From positions 192,001 to 256,000 of the forward strand of contig CAVVYZ010000001.1 in NCBI GenBank assembly GCA_963752595.1: a stretch of 64,000 nucleotides of DNA. Direction: 5' to 3'. Below, in pieces: positions 62,063 through 64,000 of this stretch; positions within the stretch are counted from its first letter, which is position 1, and each line of letters opens with the position of its first letter. The notes under the pieces were generated by a model that had not been told where the DNA came from, searched no databases, and saw only the letters and a list, made by a program, of their open reading frames with translations. The position numbers and the translations under genes are program-made. The stretch comes from an uncultured delta proteobacterium (GTDB lineage: Bacteria; Desulfobacterota; Desulfomonilia; UBA1062).

Positions 62063-64000
62063 ATGAATGAAGCGCATATCCTGAAAATAGCCGAAGAGTT
62101 GAAGATAATGCCGCGCCAGGTCAGTGCGACTGCCGGCCTCCTGAATGAAGGCGCTACCGTGCCGTTTATCGCCCGCTACCGCAAGGAGCTCACCGGGTCT
62201 CTCGATGAGGTGGCCATTGCCGCTGTCAGAGACCGCCTCAAGGAGCTCGAGCTCGTCGATGCCAGGAGAGATACGATCCGGAAGTCCATGACCGAGCAGG
62301 GTGTTCTCACCGAAGAGCTGGGAGCAGCGATCGACGCGGCGCAAACCATGACCGAGCTCGAAGATATCTACCTTCCGTACCGGCCCAAGCGGAGGACCAG
62401 GGCGATCATTGCAAGAGAAAAAGGGCTGCAGCCCCTGGCGGATCTGATCTTTGACCAGAAAGACGGCATCGATCCTCTTTTGGAGGCATCGGCCTTTATC
62501 GATCCGGACAAAGGCGTGGCGACCGCCGAAGAAGCCCTGGCAGGGGCCGGGGACATCATTGCGGAGCATGTCTCCGAGGATGCGGACATCCGGGCTTCCC
62601 TGAGGAGCTTGTTCGAAAAGGAGGCAATGCTTAGCTCCGAGGTCTATACGGGCGCGGAAGAGGATGCCGCGACCTACAGGGATTATTTCCACTGGCAGGA
62701 GCCGGCGGCAAAAGCGCCGAGTCACCGGATCCTGGCTGTCTTCAGGGGAAACCGGGAGGCGTTTCTCAAGCTCTCGATCCGGCCCGGTGAGGATAAGGCC
62801 CACGCGCTTCTGGAAAGGCGCGTCTGCAAGGGAAACAACCGGTGCACAGAGCAGGTGCGCCTCGCATGCCGGGACGGCTACAAGCGTCTCCTCGGTCCTT
62901 CCATGGAAAACGAGATAAAAGGCGTTTTGAAAGACCGGGCGGACGATGAGGCGATTCAGGTGTTTGCCAGAAATTTAAGGGAGCTGCTCATGGCACCTGC
63001 CCTGGGGCCGAAGCGGGTGCTCGCCGTGGACCCCGGATACCGTACCGGATGCAAAGTGGTTTGCCTCGATGCGCAAGGGGCTCTTCTCCACCATGGCGTG
63101 ATCTATCCCGTCTTCTCGGGAGGCCGTGCGGAAGAAGCGGCCAGGACCGTAAAAGACCTTGTGGGCACGTATGCAATCGAGGCCGTTGCCATCGGCAACG
63201 GAACTGCAGGCCGCGAGACCGAGGGTTTCATGCGGGGGCTCGGCCTGACCGTCCCGGTGATCATGGTAAACGAGAGCGGGGCCTCGGTCTATTCAGCATC
63301 CGAAGCGGCCCGCCGGGAATTCCCTGACCACGACGTGACCGTGCGCGGCGCGGTCTCGATCGGCAGGAGACTCATGGACCCGCTGGCAGAACTCGTCAAG
63401 ATCGACCCCAAGGCAATCGGCGTGGGTCAGTACCAGCACGATGTCGATCAGGCCGGATTGAAGAATAAACTGGATGACGTGGTCCGGAGCTGCGTCAATG
63501 CCGTTGGCGTGGAGGTAAACACCGCCAGCCCGGAGCTGCTCACCTACGTATCCGGCCTTGGTCCTGCCCTGGCAGGCAACATCGTTTCCTACCGCAACGA
63601 GCAAGGACCTTTCCACAGCAGAAATGCGCTTAAAAAGGTGCCCAGGCTCGGTGCCAAGGCGTTCGAACAGGCAGCAGGCTTCCTCCGCATCCGCGGCGGG
63701 TCGCATCCCCTTGATGCGAGTGCGGTGCACCCCGAGCGCTACGGCCTGGTGGAAAAGATCGCAGCCGACCTGGGCAGCTCGATACCGGATCTCATGCGGG
63801 ACAGGCATCAGCGGCAGAAAATCGATCTGAGGAAATATATCAGTGACTCCGTGGGAATGCCCACGCTCAAGGATATCATGTCCGAGCTCGACAAGCCGGG
63901 CAGGGACCCGAGGGAGTCCTTCGAGGTCTTCAGCTTTGCCGAGGGCATAAGCAGCATCGGCGACGTGAGAGAAGGCATGGAACTGCCGGGAATCGTCACG
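62063..64000 (+). CDS. tex: Tex family RNA-binding transcription accessory protein (3' end outside window, not in the ORF track)
   Basis: EGATVPFIARYRKE.TGSLDE, EDIYLPYRPKRRT, DPGYRTGCK, ESGASVYSAS, IGVGQYQHDV. Confidence 0.95.
   Translation, partial: MNEAHILKIAEELKIMPRQVSATAGLLNEGATVPFIARYRKELTGSLDEVAIAAVRDRLKELELVDARRDTIRKSMTEQGVLTEELGAAIDAAQTMTELEDIYLPYRPKRRTRAIIAREKGLQPLADLIFDQKDGIDPLLEASAFIDPDKGVATAEEALAGAGDIIAEHVSEDADIRASLRSLFEKEAMLSSEVYTGAEEDAATYRDYFHWQEPAAKAPSHRILAVFRGNREAFLKLSIRPGEDKAHALLERRVCKGNNRCTEQVRLACRDGYKRLLGPSMENEIKGVLKDRADDEAIQVFARNLRELLMAPALGPKRVLAVDPGYRTGCKVVCLDAQGALLHHGVIYPVFSGGRAEEAARTVKDLVGTYAIEAVAIGNGTAGRETEGFMRGLGLTVPVIMVNESGASVYSASEAARREFPDHDVTVRGAVSIGRRLMDPLAELVKIDPKAIGVGQYQHDVDQAGLKNKLDDVVRSCVNAVGVEVNTASPELLTYVSGLGPALAGNIVSYRNEQGPFHSRNALKKVPRLGAKAFEQAAGFLRIRGGSHPLDASAVHPERYGLVEKIAADLGSSIPDLMRDRHQRQKIDLRKYISDSVGMPTLKDIMSELDKPGRDPRESFEVFSFAEGISSIGDVREGMELPGIVT

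Overview
A 64 kb chromosomal window from a GC-rich anaerobic bacterium whose gene set resembles Desulfobacterota/Syntrophia-like organisms (taxonomy inferred, not proven). It holds two 2-hydroxyacyl-CoA dehydratase/benzoyl-CoA-reductase-like heterodimer pairs, a double-cubane-type reductase facing a selenium/sulfur-handling trio (desulfurase, YedF, DUF3343), sigma54-driven amtB-glnK, an orphan multi-PAS histidine kinase, an ald-amidohydrolase-two class III aminotransferase-TetR operon, a selenocysteine peroxiredoxin with SECIS, hcp-hcpR, an AT-richer Type III restriction-modification locus with an embedded MNT-HEPN pair, and the 5' part of tex. Many single-base frameshifts in otherwise intact genes suggest an error-prone assembly. 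Best novelty leads: (1) a predicted obligate heterodimeric class III aminotransferase whose subunits lost complementary halves of the shared active site, (2) an unannotated ~90-nt anti-Shine-Dalgarno sRNA candidate, (3) a sigma54/enhancer-controlled operon of two tiny membrane proteins, (4) the double-cubane protein plus Se/S trafficking genes. No tRNA, rRNA, CRISPR array or transposase was recognised. All calls come from motif reading, without database searches.
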